Shown: one piece after another, positions 17,933 to 27,539 of the stretch | How the letters are laid out: every line of letters begins with the position of its first letter | How positions within the stretch are numbered: position 1 is the first letter of the stretch | DNA from: a virus | DNA length: 64,000 nt | Direction: 5' to 3' (one strand) | Virus record (IMG/VR): IMGVR_UViG_3300046170_000524 | Position numbers and translations under genes: made by a program | Notes under the pieces: model-generated | Told to the model about the DNA's origin: nothing | Databases searched by the model: none | The model's input: only the letters and a program-made list of their open reading frames with translations

Positions 17933-20910
17933 AATAAGTAAAGCTTTTTTTATAAATTTAGATAGAAGAGAAGATAGATTAGAACATATAAATAAAAGTC
18001 TACCTTTTTTGGCTGAAAGGTTTAGTGCTGTAGATGCAAGAAGCCTTGAATTAAGTAAAGAGGTGAAAAAATTATTTCCTAAAACTTGGAACTCAAGAAG
18101 TAAGGCGGAAATATGTTGTGCTATTAGTCATTATAGAGTATGGAAAAAATTGGTAGAGGATAAGTCTTCTGATAATTTTTTAATTCTCGAGGATGATGTT
18201 GTTTTTAATTCAAGATTTGTTGATTTTTGGAATAAGGTTTTTTCCGAGAATATGCCATCAAATTATAGTTTGATTTACTTGGGAGGGTGTCAGCCGTGGA
18301 ATAAGCCTCATTATCATAAAGTACTAGCTAAGTATAATGATTATTTTTGCAATATTAAGAAGAATGATTATTTTTCTAAAGATGATCATTTTTGGCATAT
18401 GAATGCAAGCTCATATATTTTAAGCAAAAATGCAGCGAGCGTGTTGTGTCAGTGGGTTGATCAGAACGGAATAGACGATGCTGTTGATAACTTTATTCAG
18501 AAGTTTTTCAACAAAAATGTATTATTTACTGCACCAAAAAGCATATATCATTTAAATCCGCTTATGGCTCGACAATTGCATGAAGAGAATAATAATACAG
18601 AAATAGATAAAAATTCTGATATTAGATTTGCTGAGGAGAAATTTAAGAGCAATAACAAGATATCTATTATAATCCCCACAATTTGGCGTGCAAATGATTA
18701 TATAATGCGGTCATTATTGGATTTAGATAAAGTTGATTGCGTTGGGGAAGTAATTGTAATTAATAACGATAAAGCTAAAACTCCTCACTGGATAAACTCA
18801 TTCAAAAAAGTCAAATTAATAGACCCTAAAAAGCGAATGTATTTTAATGAAAGTGTGAATTTTGGTATTGATTTGTGCGAAAATAATATATGCTGCATTT
18901 ATAATGACGACATAATTAGTGATACTAGAGTATTTGATTATGTGAGAAATAATTTAACGCAAAAAGATGGATGCATTTTTATATCTCCGGAATATATCAA
19001 TAAAAAAAGCTCATCCAACGGGAACTTAAGGGGAGTAAGTGGTTTTTTGGCTAACGGATTACAAGGTGGCTCTGGAATGATGATGTTTTTAATGAAACAG
19101 AGTTTCATAAAGATTCCGAGGGAATTGGTTCATCACTTTGGTGACGTTTTTATATTCGAGATTAATAAAAGGCAGGGTAAACAAAACTACATTATTGAGG
19201 GTTTCCCCATTAAAACTCCTGGAAGCGCTAGCGAAGACAATGATGTGAGGAAAATTATTTCCCAAGATTGGTCGATTCATAAACAAATTTTTAATAATCT
19301 AGATGAATTTATTGAGAAGGAAGAAATGTGTTTCCCTTTATTAAAGGAGGTATCTAACAAACAGATACCAAAGAAAATTCATCTATCTTGGAAAAATAAA
19401 AATATACTCGATTCGGAATATGAACTTATTAAAAAAGGCGCGAAAAACCTAGAGCTACTGAATCCAGACTGGGATATTGAAGTTTATGATGACGAAGATA
19501 TTAATCGATTACTGCGCGATTCAATTGGTCGCGATAATTGGAATCTAATAAAAGACAGAAAGATCACTGAAAAAACAGATTTATGGAGACTATTAAAAAC
19601 ATATAAGGAAGGCGGATTGTATATTGACATTGATAGATATATTGATACTCCAATATCTGAAGTCGTTAATCGTGAAACATCATATGTTCTACCAACTTTT
19701 CAAGATGTAGATTTTTCTCAAGATTTTATATTGACATGCCCAAAAAATCCGATCGTTGGTCGGGCAATTGCAAATAATTTAAAGTATAGAAAACAGGGAA
19801 AAGCCTTTGTTTTTCTTGGCTGTATATTCTTACATGCAATCGGTGTGTGAAATTTTAGGTACAAAAATTATTGATCGCGGCAACAATCCAGAATATTTTA
19901 ACGACATAAGAAATAAAATTAATAAGTGTGAATACTTAGAGACATATCGCGAGTCAGGCCCTGCCAATCATATTCTATTTAGAAATAAAAACTCTGATTT
20001 CTCCACGCAGCAATTTGAGCGGGATAAAGCGGATTTTTATAATGGTTGCAATGTTACTCATTGGAATAATGACACTAGGAATAAACACGAATCAATTGAT
20101 TTGCGATCAGGACAAAAATTAGATATTAAAAAAGAAAAGAGAATCAGTGCCAATCTAGAAGTAAAACAACAACAATTTATTCAACTCAAAGATCAATGGC
20201 AAAATTTCAAAGATTATGATTTCCTTAAATATGTCTCAAATCAATTACCTAAAGAGCAATCACCTGAAGGTAAATTCAACACATATAATCCAAATCAAAA
20301 AATAGCTATAGTTAGTTTATACACAAAAGAAATATCCGACTATGCCGTTCACTCAGAAAATTCTATAAAAGAATATTGCCAAAAACAAGGTTATACATTT
20401 TATATTTACCGCGAAAAACTTGAAGAAAACTCTAGCCCAAATTGGTCCAAAGCTCAAGCGCTAGTAAATCATATTGACGACCACGAATATATAATATGGA
20501 TGGATTCAGATACTTTAATTTTTAATCCAGAAAAAAAACTAGAGTCAATTATAGAGAAAGCTTCTAGGAAATTCATACTTGCAACAAAAGATATAGGCGA
20601 TAACTGCATGCTAAATAGCGGGGTATTATTTTTTAAATCTCATCAATATACGAAAAACTTAATTACAAAATGGAGAGATTTTGATGGAGATAAATCTTCA
20701 TTATATGCCAGCGGAGGAGATCAAGAAATATTATGCGAGATATTAAAAAAGAGTGATGGCTTTGGTTTTAATAGAAAAATATTTGAAATGAACGAATTTA
20801 ATACTGATCCGAGATTAGTGAATAATGACACATTTATATTACATTTTATGGCTTACCCTTATGCACTGAAGAAAATATTTATGAGTTACTGGAATCACCT
20901 GGAAAGCTAG
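17919..20910 (+). CDS. Multidomain glycosyltransferase (GT25-like + GT2-like + GT32/DXD-like + GT34-like); ORFs 17919..19850 and 19807..20910 merged
   Basis: FINLDRREDR...CAISH...ILEDD (GT25); ISIIIPT...IYNDDI (GT2); IPKKIHLSW...DLWRL...GGLYIDID (GT32); IAIVSLY...WSK...IWMDSDT (GT34). Length 2992 nt = 3n+1; removing one A at 19799-19802 gives a single ~996-aa ORF. Confidence 0.75.
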
Positions 20911-20975
20911 CATTTATCGGGGTTTATTGAAATATAAAGTTCCCAATTTTATATTTTTTACGTAAATATTAATGT

Positions 20976-22139
20976 ATGGCAAAAATATTCCGTACCGAAA
21001 CATTAAATCTTAACGGTAATATCCGTTTAGACTCGAGTACTTCAGACGCTTTTGAAATAAAAAACGTAGCTGGTAGTACACTTATGTCTCGAAGCTCTAT
21101 TGAGAGCGATATCTCCAGCCTTCAAGCTGCAGACGTTAAAAACGAATCTGATCTTAGTGTTGACGTTTCAAGTCTCGCTTCAATCGATTCTGGTCATGAT
21201 ACAGACATCTCCAGCCTTGCTGCTGTAAGCTCAGCTGGAACATCTGATCTTGATGTTGATATCTCCAGCCTTCAAGCTGCAGACGTTAAAAACGAATCTG
21301 ATCTTAGCGTTGACGTTTCAAGTCTCGCTTCAATCGATTCTGGTCATGATACAGACATCTCCAGCCTTCAAGCTGTAGACGTTAAAAACGAATCTGATCT
21401 TAGCGTTGATATCTCTAGCCTACAAGCTGCAGACGTTAAAAACGAATCTGATCTTAGTGTTGACGTTTCAAGTCTCGCTTCAATCGATTCTGGTCATGAT
21501 ACAGACATCTCCAGCCTTGCTGCTGTAAGCTCAGCTGGAACATCTGATCTTGATATTGATATCTCCAGCCTTCAAGCTGCAGACGTTAAAAACGAATCTG
21601 ATCTTAGCGTTGACGTTTCAAGTCTCGCTTCAATCGATTCTGGTCATGATACAGACATCTCCAGCCTTCAAGCTGTAGACGTTAAAAACGAATCTGATCT
21701 TAGCGTTGATATCTCTAGCCTACAAGCTGCAGACGTTAAAAACGAATCTGATCTTAGTGTTGACGTTTCAAGTCTCGCTTCAATCGATTCTGGTCATGAT
21801 ACAGACATCTCCAGCCTTGCTGCTGTAAGCTCAGCTGGAACATCTGATCTTGATGTTGATATCTCCAGTTTAGCTGCAGATATATCAACTAATGACGTTG
21901 TTGCGATAAGTCAAGCTATTAACGGAACAGAAAACTCGCCAATTAGCGAAGTTACCGTAACTTTTGGTAGAACATTTGCTTCTGCGCCAAAAGTAATTGG
22001 TATCATGAAAGCTGGATCGAGCTCTCCAATTATTGCGTGTCAATTATCAAGCATATCAACAACTGAAGCTGTATTCCAGCTTAGTGATGATATTGTAACT
22101 AGTAATGACTACACATTGGAAGTTTTAGCTTCTGTTTAA
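20976..22139 (+). CDS. Ser/Asp-rich coiled-coil repeat protein with C-terminal H-type-lectin-like domain; putative fibre/decoration protein
   Basis: 15 D(I/V)SSL units of 14 or 18 aa; C-terminal VTFGRTFASAPKV...ISTTEAVF...DYTLEVLA. Confidence 0.55.
   Translation: MAKIFRTETLNLNGNIRLDSSTSDAFEIKNVAGSTLMSRSSIESDISSLQAADVKNESDLSVDVSSLASIDSGHDTDISSLAAVSSAGTSDLDVDISSLQAADVKNESDLSVDVSSLASIDSGHDTDISSLQAVDVKNESDLSVDISSLQAADVKNESDLSVDVSSLASIDSGHDTDISSLAAVSSAGTSDLDIDISSLQAADVKNESDLSVDVSSLASIDSGHDTDISSLQAVDVKNESDLSVDISSLQAADVKNESDLSVDVSSLASIDSGHDTDISSLAAVSSAGTSDLDVDISSLAADISTNDVVAISQAINGTENSPISEVTVTFGRTFASAPKVIGIMKAGSSSPIIACQLSSISTTEAVFQLSDDIVTSNDYTLEVLASV
21108..21857 (+). repeat. Higher-order tandem repeat, 300-nt period x2.5, built from 54-nt and 42-nt subunits
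   Basis: Unit order A B C A B A' | A B C A B A' | A B C; sequence at 21121, 21421 and 21721 is near identical. Confidence 0.9.
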
Positions 22140-22162
22140 TAGAAAAATATTTGTTTATTTTT

Positions 22163-22188
22163 GGCGGTCCTTAGGGACCGCCTTTTTT
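22163..22188 (+). terminator. Intrinsic terminator
   Basis: ggcggtcc-ttag-ggaccgcc hairpin followed by tttttt. Confidence 0.9.
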
Positions 22189-22194
22189 GTGTAA
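22189..22194 (+). promoter_or_regulatory. GTGTAA motif, candidate phage late promoter
   Basis: Immediately after the terminator and 8 nt upstream of ATG 22203. Confidence 0.55.
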
Positions 22195-22202
22195 AATAAT
22201 AT

Positions 22203-22883
22203 ATGAATGAAAAAGATTTGTTTAATGATTTATTTTCGGAGAGAGAGAAGCATCCTCTGGGCAAATATGAGCCTGGCAATAAAAAGTTTATTAAAGAAAA
22301 TTTACCAACAAGATATTCTGAACCTCAAGCTCAAAAAAAGTTAAAGAAAATATTTAATAAATTAAGGCATAAAGCTATATATTTGAATATGGAATATGAA
22401 GACTTAGTTGAAGAATTTGATGAAATTAGAAGAGATTTTATAGGTAAAATGCTTGATTACTGTAATAATAAAAAAATACAAGACCCATTTCAGTCCGTTC
22501 CTGATGAAAGAGATGGATCTACTGAGTTATCTAACGATGAGATGAATGATTTATTTCGAGAAGTTGTTAAAAAAACTCATCCAGATTTAAATAAAAACTT
22601 ACCAAAAGACGAATTGAATGAAAGACTAGATATGTATAATGAGGTTATAGAGGGAAAACAAAACGGAGATTTTCGCAAAATACTAAAGGTAGCCTTAGAG
22701 CTAAATATAGGTATTAAAAATATATCTCCAGAATTTATAAGCCAATTAAAGAAAGAGATACAAAAAATGCAAAAACAGATACATCATATTAGGAATGATA
22801 TAATGTATAAGTGGCACAAGGGAAATCCTGATATTAAGAAATCTATATTTGAATTATTGACAAAAAATCAAAAGCCTTTATAA
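22203..22883 (+). CDS. J-domain (DnaJ-like, HPD motif) protein with flanking coiled coils
   Basis: DLFREVVKKTHPDLNK...MYNEV: helix-HPD-helix; no Cys-rich or G/F region. Confidence 0.65.
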   Translation: MNEKDLFNDLFSEREKHPLGKYEPGNKKFIKENLPTRYSEPQAQKKLKKIFNKLRHKAIYLNMEYEDLVEEFDEIRRDFIGKMLDYCNNKKIQDPFQSVPDERDGSTELSNDEMNDLFREVVKKTHPDLNKNLPKDELNERLDMYNEVIEGKQNGDFRKILKVALELNIGIKNISPEFISQLKKEIQKMQKQIHHIRNDIMYKWHKGNPDIKKSIFELLTKNQKPL

Positions 22884-22892
22884 TCATAAACT

Positions 22893-23081
22893 ATGATAGA
22901 GTTTTATAATGTAAAGAAAAAACAAAAGGTATTAATACCTGAAGAAAGAGTTTCTAAAAAAACATATGAAAAGACTACTAAAGCAGGAAAATTATCTATA
23001 AGATATTCTTTAAAAGCTGTAGATGAGGATGGAACTAAATTAACAAAATTTTGTACTAAAGCTGATTTTGATTCAGTTTAA
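22893..23081 (+). CDS. Small basic protein, 62 aa
   Basis: Lys-rich MIEFYNVKKKQKV...RYSLKAVDEDGTKLTKFCTKADFD; ATG start coupled to the upstream gene. Confidence 0.55.
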   Translation: MIEFYNVKKKQKVLIPEERVSKKTYEKTTKAGKLSIRYSLKAVDEDGTKLTKFCTKADFDSV

Positions 23082-25667
23082 TTATTCTGAAACAATAAAA
23101 GTTGCTGGGTTTGCCGTAGAACTATTTGCTGATCTATTTAACTTGTCTAAATTAAAAACATGATCTCCATTACTATCTGTGAGTCCGTTTGAATCACATA
23201 CAGTAAATTTATTATTTAAATCATAAGAATTATCTAATTGTATTCCATCTGAATAATTTTGATATGTGTAAATAGTTCCTCCGTTTACAGCAGTTCCTCC
23301 TTCAGATACGTTTTCGAACGATATATTTGAAGTATTTGTTACGGTTGTTCCTATAGGGGCTAATCCAGCCCCTATGCTATTAGGAGAAGCTATAATTGTT
23401 CTAGAATTAAAACCTTCTAGTGTATAATTTGGATTCGTTGTTATTGCAGTTGTAGTAATTCCTGCTAGATTTGTTGCAGAAACTTGCCAATTAAAAGTCC
23501 CTTTAGTGTTGGAATCTTCAACTGTAATTCTGTAGGCGTTACTAAATTTCCCCACGCCTGAGGCGGTTTGTGTTAAATTTGAAGGGTTTGTTTGATTTGG
23601 GTCTAGACTTAAAATAGGAGATTCTAGCATCAGCTGGTTAGTAGTCAGATTAAAGTTGTCACTAATAGGAGAGGTAGAAGTTTTTATTTTAGAGTTTAAA
23701 TTGTTAATATTTATGGTTAAAGGGGCGTTTGCAATGTTTACTATTTTAAATTTTTCTGTTACGGCGCCATTTGATGAGCGGGTCGCAGAGATCTTAAAAT
23801 TATTTTGACCCCCATCTATATCTATATTGTAGTCTCCGCTTAAATATCTAGCTATCTTTAAACCTTCTTGTTGACTAGGATTATCTATGTTTAATTGATT
23901 GTTTGGAGATGAATAAGAAATTTGGTCAAAGTTTGAGATTAAATTTTCAACTTCTGCAAACTCAGATGATTTAATAGCATCTTGATTTGATGGATACGAT
24001 ACATCTTGAATTTGTATAGACGGAAATGTGGCATTATGTACTTTCGCTGTATCTAAAGTTGTAAATGAATCACTTAAAGTTCCGAAATTATTTTTAACTG
24101 TAAATGTTGCTGATTGATCTCCGTCTCTAGAATTTGATCCAAGCGGACCAAAAACTTTTATTGGCACTAAAAATCTGAAGTTGCCATTTGTTAACGTGCT
24201 TTTTGAGTAATTTGAAGAATAGGAGGTTTGTGAGCCGTCGCTGATTCCATTATTTTTTACAGATATTTGAATCTGATTTAAGTCAACTCCTTTACCATTT
24301 ATTTCTATTGAGGCATTTACCGTATCACCAGACTTAACTTCAGAGGTTCCAATTATGTGAGGTGAAGTGGATAATGAAGCTAATGAATCCATGGATGCTT
24401 CAACTATAACCGGGCCATTTGCGATTTTAATATTAACGTATTCTTTATCTGTAGCTCCATTACTACTTCTTATAGCAAAAATTTCTAAATTATCTTGATT
24501 ATTGTAAACTCCATTTACGTAATTTACTTTTTTTGATAATTGAAATAAGTTAGGGTTTTCTATTGAGATGTCTGAGGTTAACTCTGTGTATTCTACAGAA
24601 TCCGTTGTGTTTGACCAATTTGAAATATTATTATTAAAATTAACACTTTCCCCTTCTCTTAGCCCATCTTGTCTTCCGTTGTAGGACAATGGGTCTGAAA
24701 CTTGTATTTGTGGATAAGTTTGATCCAAGTTTCTTGTTCCGCTTAAATGGTTAAAATCTGAGGATTCTTTTAATTCTCCAGTACTCCCAAAATTATCTAT
24801 AGCTTGAACGGCAACCGATAAAGCTCCATTTCTATTTGATACGGTAACTGGTATAGTTGCTCTATAGTTTGACCCTATACTTTGTAGATTATAGTTTGTA
24901 TAATTTATTTCTTCCGCTAAACCAAAGTCATAAATCTTAATAAGGTCGACATCATTCCTATCGAAGTCTACATATATATTAATAGAATCTCCTTGCTTTA
25001 AGTGAGAAGTACCTAATCTTTGTCCATTTTTGGGTGTAGCATTTTGGATTTCGTCTATTAGTATATTTACTGGGGTAGGTCCTCCTCCTAATTCAGTTAT
25101 TGGTAATAAGGAAGTTCTTCCATTTGCTTCTCCGGTTATATTAGTTAATCCTGCGGCGTTTATACCATCTATGTATCCTCTAAACCTTCTAGTTCCATCG
25201 CCAATTTGATTAATATTAGATCTTGGAATCTCTTCGCCATTTATTGTTGCTGTACCCATATAGGATTCATTTGGTCCGTCCCACTCGAAATAAACTTTTA
25301 AGTCTGAGGCTGTATCTACTGTAACCCCGGAAAGGTATGTTTCGGTATTGGGGGTATTGTAAAAAAATTTTTCTTCAATACCTGCGTTATTTAATACATC
25401 GGAAAAAAAACAGAATTCAGCTGCTCCAGATTGGACTTCTAGTATTGAAGTTCCTAATTTCTGCACATCAACACCATCTAGTGTCAGTCCATTTACAAAG
25501 TTTCCACTAGCGAATTCAACATTATCCGAAGAGCTGAGGGGTTGGTCCATAGAGAATTCGAGTCCTCTAATATATAGATTATCAAAAACCCCTGTCGCCC
25601 AGGCTTTTGATATTTTACCAATGCTTCCTTCTCCGCTATTTCTTGGTACTAAATTTCTTGTCGCCAT
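23082..25667 (-). CDS. Putative virion structural protein (Ig/beta-sandwich-rich)
   Basis: 861-aa Ser/Thr/Asn/Gly-rich ORF with an internally repeated module (RSSNGA...V.IAN.P). Confidence 0.5.
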   Translation of the reverse strand: MATRNLVPRNSGEGSIGKISKAWATGVFDNLYIRGLEFSMDQPLSSSDNVEFASGNFVNGLTLDGVDVQKLGTSILEVQSGAAEFCFFSDVLNNAGIEEKFFYNTPNTETYLSGVTVDTASDLKVYFEWDGPNESYMGTATINGEEIPRSNINQIGDGTRRFRGYIDGINAAGLTNITGEANGRTSLLPITELGGGPTPVNILIDEIQNATPKNGQRLGTSHLKQGDSINIYVDFDRNDVDLIKIYDFGLAEEINYTNYNLQSIGSNYRATIPVTVSNRNGALSVAVQAIDNFGSTGELKESSDFNHLSGTRNLDQTYPQIQVSDPLSYNGRQDGLREGESVNFNNNISNWSNTTDSVEYTELTSDISIENPNLFQLSKKVNYVNGVYNNQDNLEIFAIRSSNGATDKEYVNIKIANGPVIVEASMDSLASLSTSPHIIGTSEVKSGDTVNASIEINGKGVDLNQIQISVKNNGISDGSQTSYSSNYSKSTLTNGNFRFLVPIKVFGPLGSNSRDGDQSATFTVKNNFGTLSDSFTTLDTAKVHNATFPSIQIQDVSYPSNQDAIKSSEFAEVENLISNFDQISYSSPNNQLNIDNPSQQEGLKIARYLSGDYNIDIDGGQNNFKISATRSSNGAVTEKFKIVNIANAPLTININNLNSKIKTSTSPISDNFNLTTNQLMLESPILSLDPNQTNPSNLTQTASGVGKFSNAYRITVEDSNTKGTFNWQVSATNLAGITTTAITTNPNYTLEGFNSRTIIASPNSIGAGLAPIGTTVTNTSNISFENVSEGGTAVNGGTIYTYQNYSDGIQLDNSYDLNNKFTVCDSNGLTDSNGDHVFNLDKLNRSANSSTANPATFIVSE

Positions 25668-25675
25668 TAATATTA

Positions 25676-25681
25676 CTACAC
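25676..25681 (-). promoter_or_regulatory. GTGTAG motif, candidate late promoter
   Basis: 8 nt upstream of the ATG at 25667 on the minus strand. Confidence 0.5.
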
Positions 25682-25688
25682 TTTATTT

Positions 25689-26228
25689 TTAAAAATCAGA
25701 TAAAACAGATCTTTTCCATTCGTTGTCTTTAGTACATACGTACATATAATGTTCGTCGTAAGCTATTTGACCTTTATAGCCTAATGAATTAGATGTTTTG
25801 GGCGCTGGAATGTCGATAGTATCTTGATGCTCATTTCGTTCTACTCCTATAGATATATCTTCAGTGAATGCTTCTGGGCCCATATTATATCTCCAATGAT
25901 TAGCTCTTAATTCAAGATCTCCTTCGTTTCTTAATATCCACATCGAATCTGAGATATAGTTTGATAAAGAAGGCGTTAAATCTCCATTAGCATCTTCTAC
26001 GAAAGCTTCTTCTAATTCATATCTAGATTCAAGGAAATGATTTTTGTCTCCAGTGATATAATCTATGAAATTAACTCCGCTAATAAATAAACCTGTTACA
26101 GCATTAACTTCTTCAACAAAAAGAGATGTATCTTCTAGTGTTAATTGAGGATTTAATGGATTAGGGCCAACAACATACTTTGTCGGTCCAACTCTTTTTA
26201 TAGCTTTTTGTGTGTCAAAAAATTGCAT
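25689..26228 (-). CDS. Hypothetical protein with fibre-type C-terminal motif
   Basis: Ends P.TSNSLGYKGQIAYDEHYMYVC...WKRSVL, a motif common at phage fibre termini. Confidence 0.5.
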   Translation of the reverse strand: MQFFDTQKAIKRVGPTKYVVGPNPLNPQLTLEDTSLFVEEVNAVTGLFISGVNFIDYITGDKNHFLESRYELEEAFVEDANGDLTPSLSNYISDSMWILRNEGDLELRANHWRYNMGPEAFTEDISIGVERNEHQDTIDIPAPKTSNSLGYKGQIAYDEHYMYVCTKDNEWKRSVLSDF

Positions 26229-26234
26229 TTGGTA

Positions 26235-27173
26235 TTAATATGCTGATAAAACTAATCTTTTTAATTGATTGTCACTAGTTTTTATATAAATATAATCATT
26301 ATCATAAGATAATTTGCCTACCGATCCTCCTTTATAATTGATAGAATATTTTATTGTATATCCTGATATAGTATGCGGTCTTTTTACATATATATTTTTA
26401 GCTTCATCTGTGTTGATTTGTACCGCTCCATCTGGGTATAAATATATTAAGTTATTTTCTTCGTCGAGATCCGGATCATATGATTTATCTATTGTGTGAA
26501 ATTGTATAGGGTAGGGGGATTCATTGAATATAACCACGCTCTCCGCTAAACCTGATTGATATAATTCAGAGAAGTCGAGTAACTCGTATGAATTTATTTT
26601 ACTAGCTAGTGAGTTTTCTTGTCTTAGGCTAAAATTAGTATCTGTATGAAATACCCCGTTGGACTCTATACATCTGCCTGTATCTATAGTTTCCTCGTGA
26701 ATAAAATATTCTGGATGTCCTGTCTCTGGAGATTCAGGGTTTGTTCTAGCGTTTTCAAAATGAACATTAAATATATCATTCATTATAAATTTATTTTGAC
26801 CATAACAGCTTTCGGGTGTTGATAACCCTCTAGTTTGATCTGGAATATTTTCCAATAAAATAAAGTCTTCTTCTATTTTTTGATTAACAGTTTTTGTTAT
26901 AGTTGTAGAGTTGAAGATATTACTTTCTTCTTGGTTATCTATAATCTCTCTTATTCCTGATAACAACTGCTCTGAACTAGAAAGCATGCCAGAGTTGGAT
27001 TCATTAAGTTTTATTAATAAATTCTCTACTTCTTCAGATCTAGAGTCCTCTGAAGGTTCCCATCTTCCGCTTTGGATGTTCCACTTATATGAAAAAGTTG
27101 GCTGTGGAGAAAGGTGATCTAGTTTTGTAATGTCCGTATATAACGGATTGTTTTTATAATCTTCGCTTGCCAT
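26235..27173 (-). CDS. Hypothetical protein
   Basis: 312-aa ORF; ends with a degenerate copy of the neighbour's motif (GKLSYDNDYIYI...LKRLVLS). Confidence 0.55.
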   Translation of the reverse strand: MASEDYKNNPLYTDITKLDHLSPQPTFSYKWNIQSGRWEPSEDSRSEEVENLLIKLNESNSGMLSSSEQLLSGIREIIDNQEESNIFNSTTITKTVNQKIEEDFILLENIPDQTRGLSTPESCYGQNKFIMNDIFNVHFENARTNPESPETGHPEYFIHEETIDTGRCIESNGVFHTDTNFSLRQENSLASKINSYELLDFSELYQSGLAESVVIFNESPYPIQFHTIDKSYDPDLDEENNLIYLYPDGAVQINTDEAKNIYVKRPHTISGYTIKYSINYKGGSVGKLSYDNDYIYIKTSDNQLKRLVLSAY

Positions 27174-27182
27174 ACGAAGATA

Positions 27183-27188
27183 TTACAC
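27183..27188 (-). promoter_or_regulatory. GTGTAA motif, candidate late promoter
   Basis: 9 nt upstream of the ATG at 27173. Confidence 0.55.
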
Positions 27189-27194
27189 TTTTTT

Positions 27195-27539
27195 TTAGTC
27201 TGTATCTAGATGGTGTTTTATACCATTTCTTTTTTTCTTATACTCTTTAAAGTATTTTTTTTGAACTGGATCGTATCCTAATTTATCTTTTCTTTTTTGA
27301 CTCAACTCTCTACTTTGATCTATAAGGTCTCCATATGAAACTTTTTGGTTTGATGTTTTTTGTAGAAAAGCTTGGTTATCAAAAGGATCTGTATCTGAAT
27401 CTATATTTGCTTGAGGTATATTCCATACTCTATTCCATTTAATTCCTTCTTTGTCTACGTAAATATGTTCGTCATTCATTCCTTGAATGACATCTACGGT
27501 TTCTTCTGTTTCAGGGTGTTCGTATGTATATAAAGGCAT
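27195..27539 (-). CDS. FmdB-like small protein (zinc ribbon-like N-terminus lacking Cys)
   Basis: MPLYTYEHPETEETVDVIQGM resembles the MP.Y.Y.C..C FmdB pattern with the Cys residues replaced. Confidence 0.45.
   Translation of the reverse strand: MPLYTYEHPETEETVDVIQGMNDEHIYVDKEGIKWNRVWNIPQANIDSDTDPFDNQAFLQKTSNQKVSYGDLIDQSRELSQKRKDKLGYDPVQKKYFKEYKKKRNGIKHHLDTD

Noticed and set aside
155-20910. Stop-codon reassignment (alternative genetic code) to explain broken ORFs
   Set aside because: The breaks need a frame change, not readthrough; TAA, TAG and TGA all occur as true ends with tight coupling to the next start.
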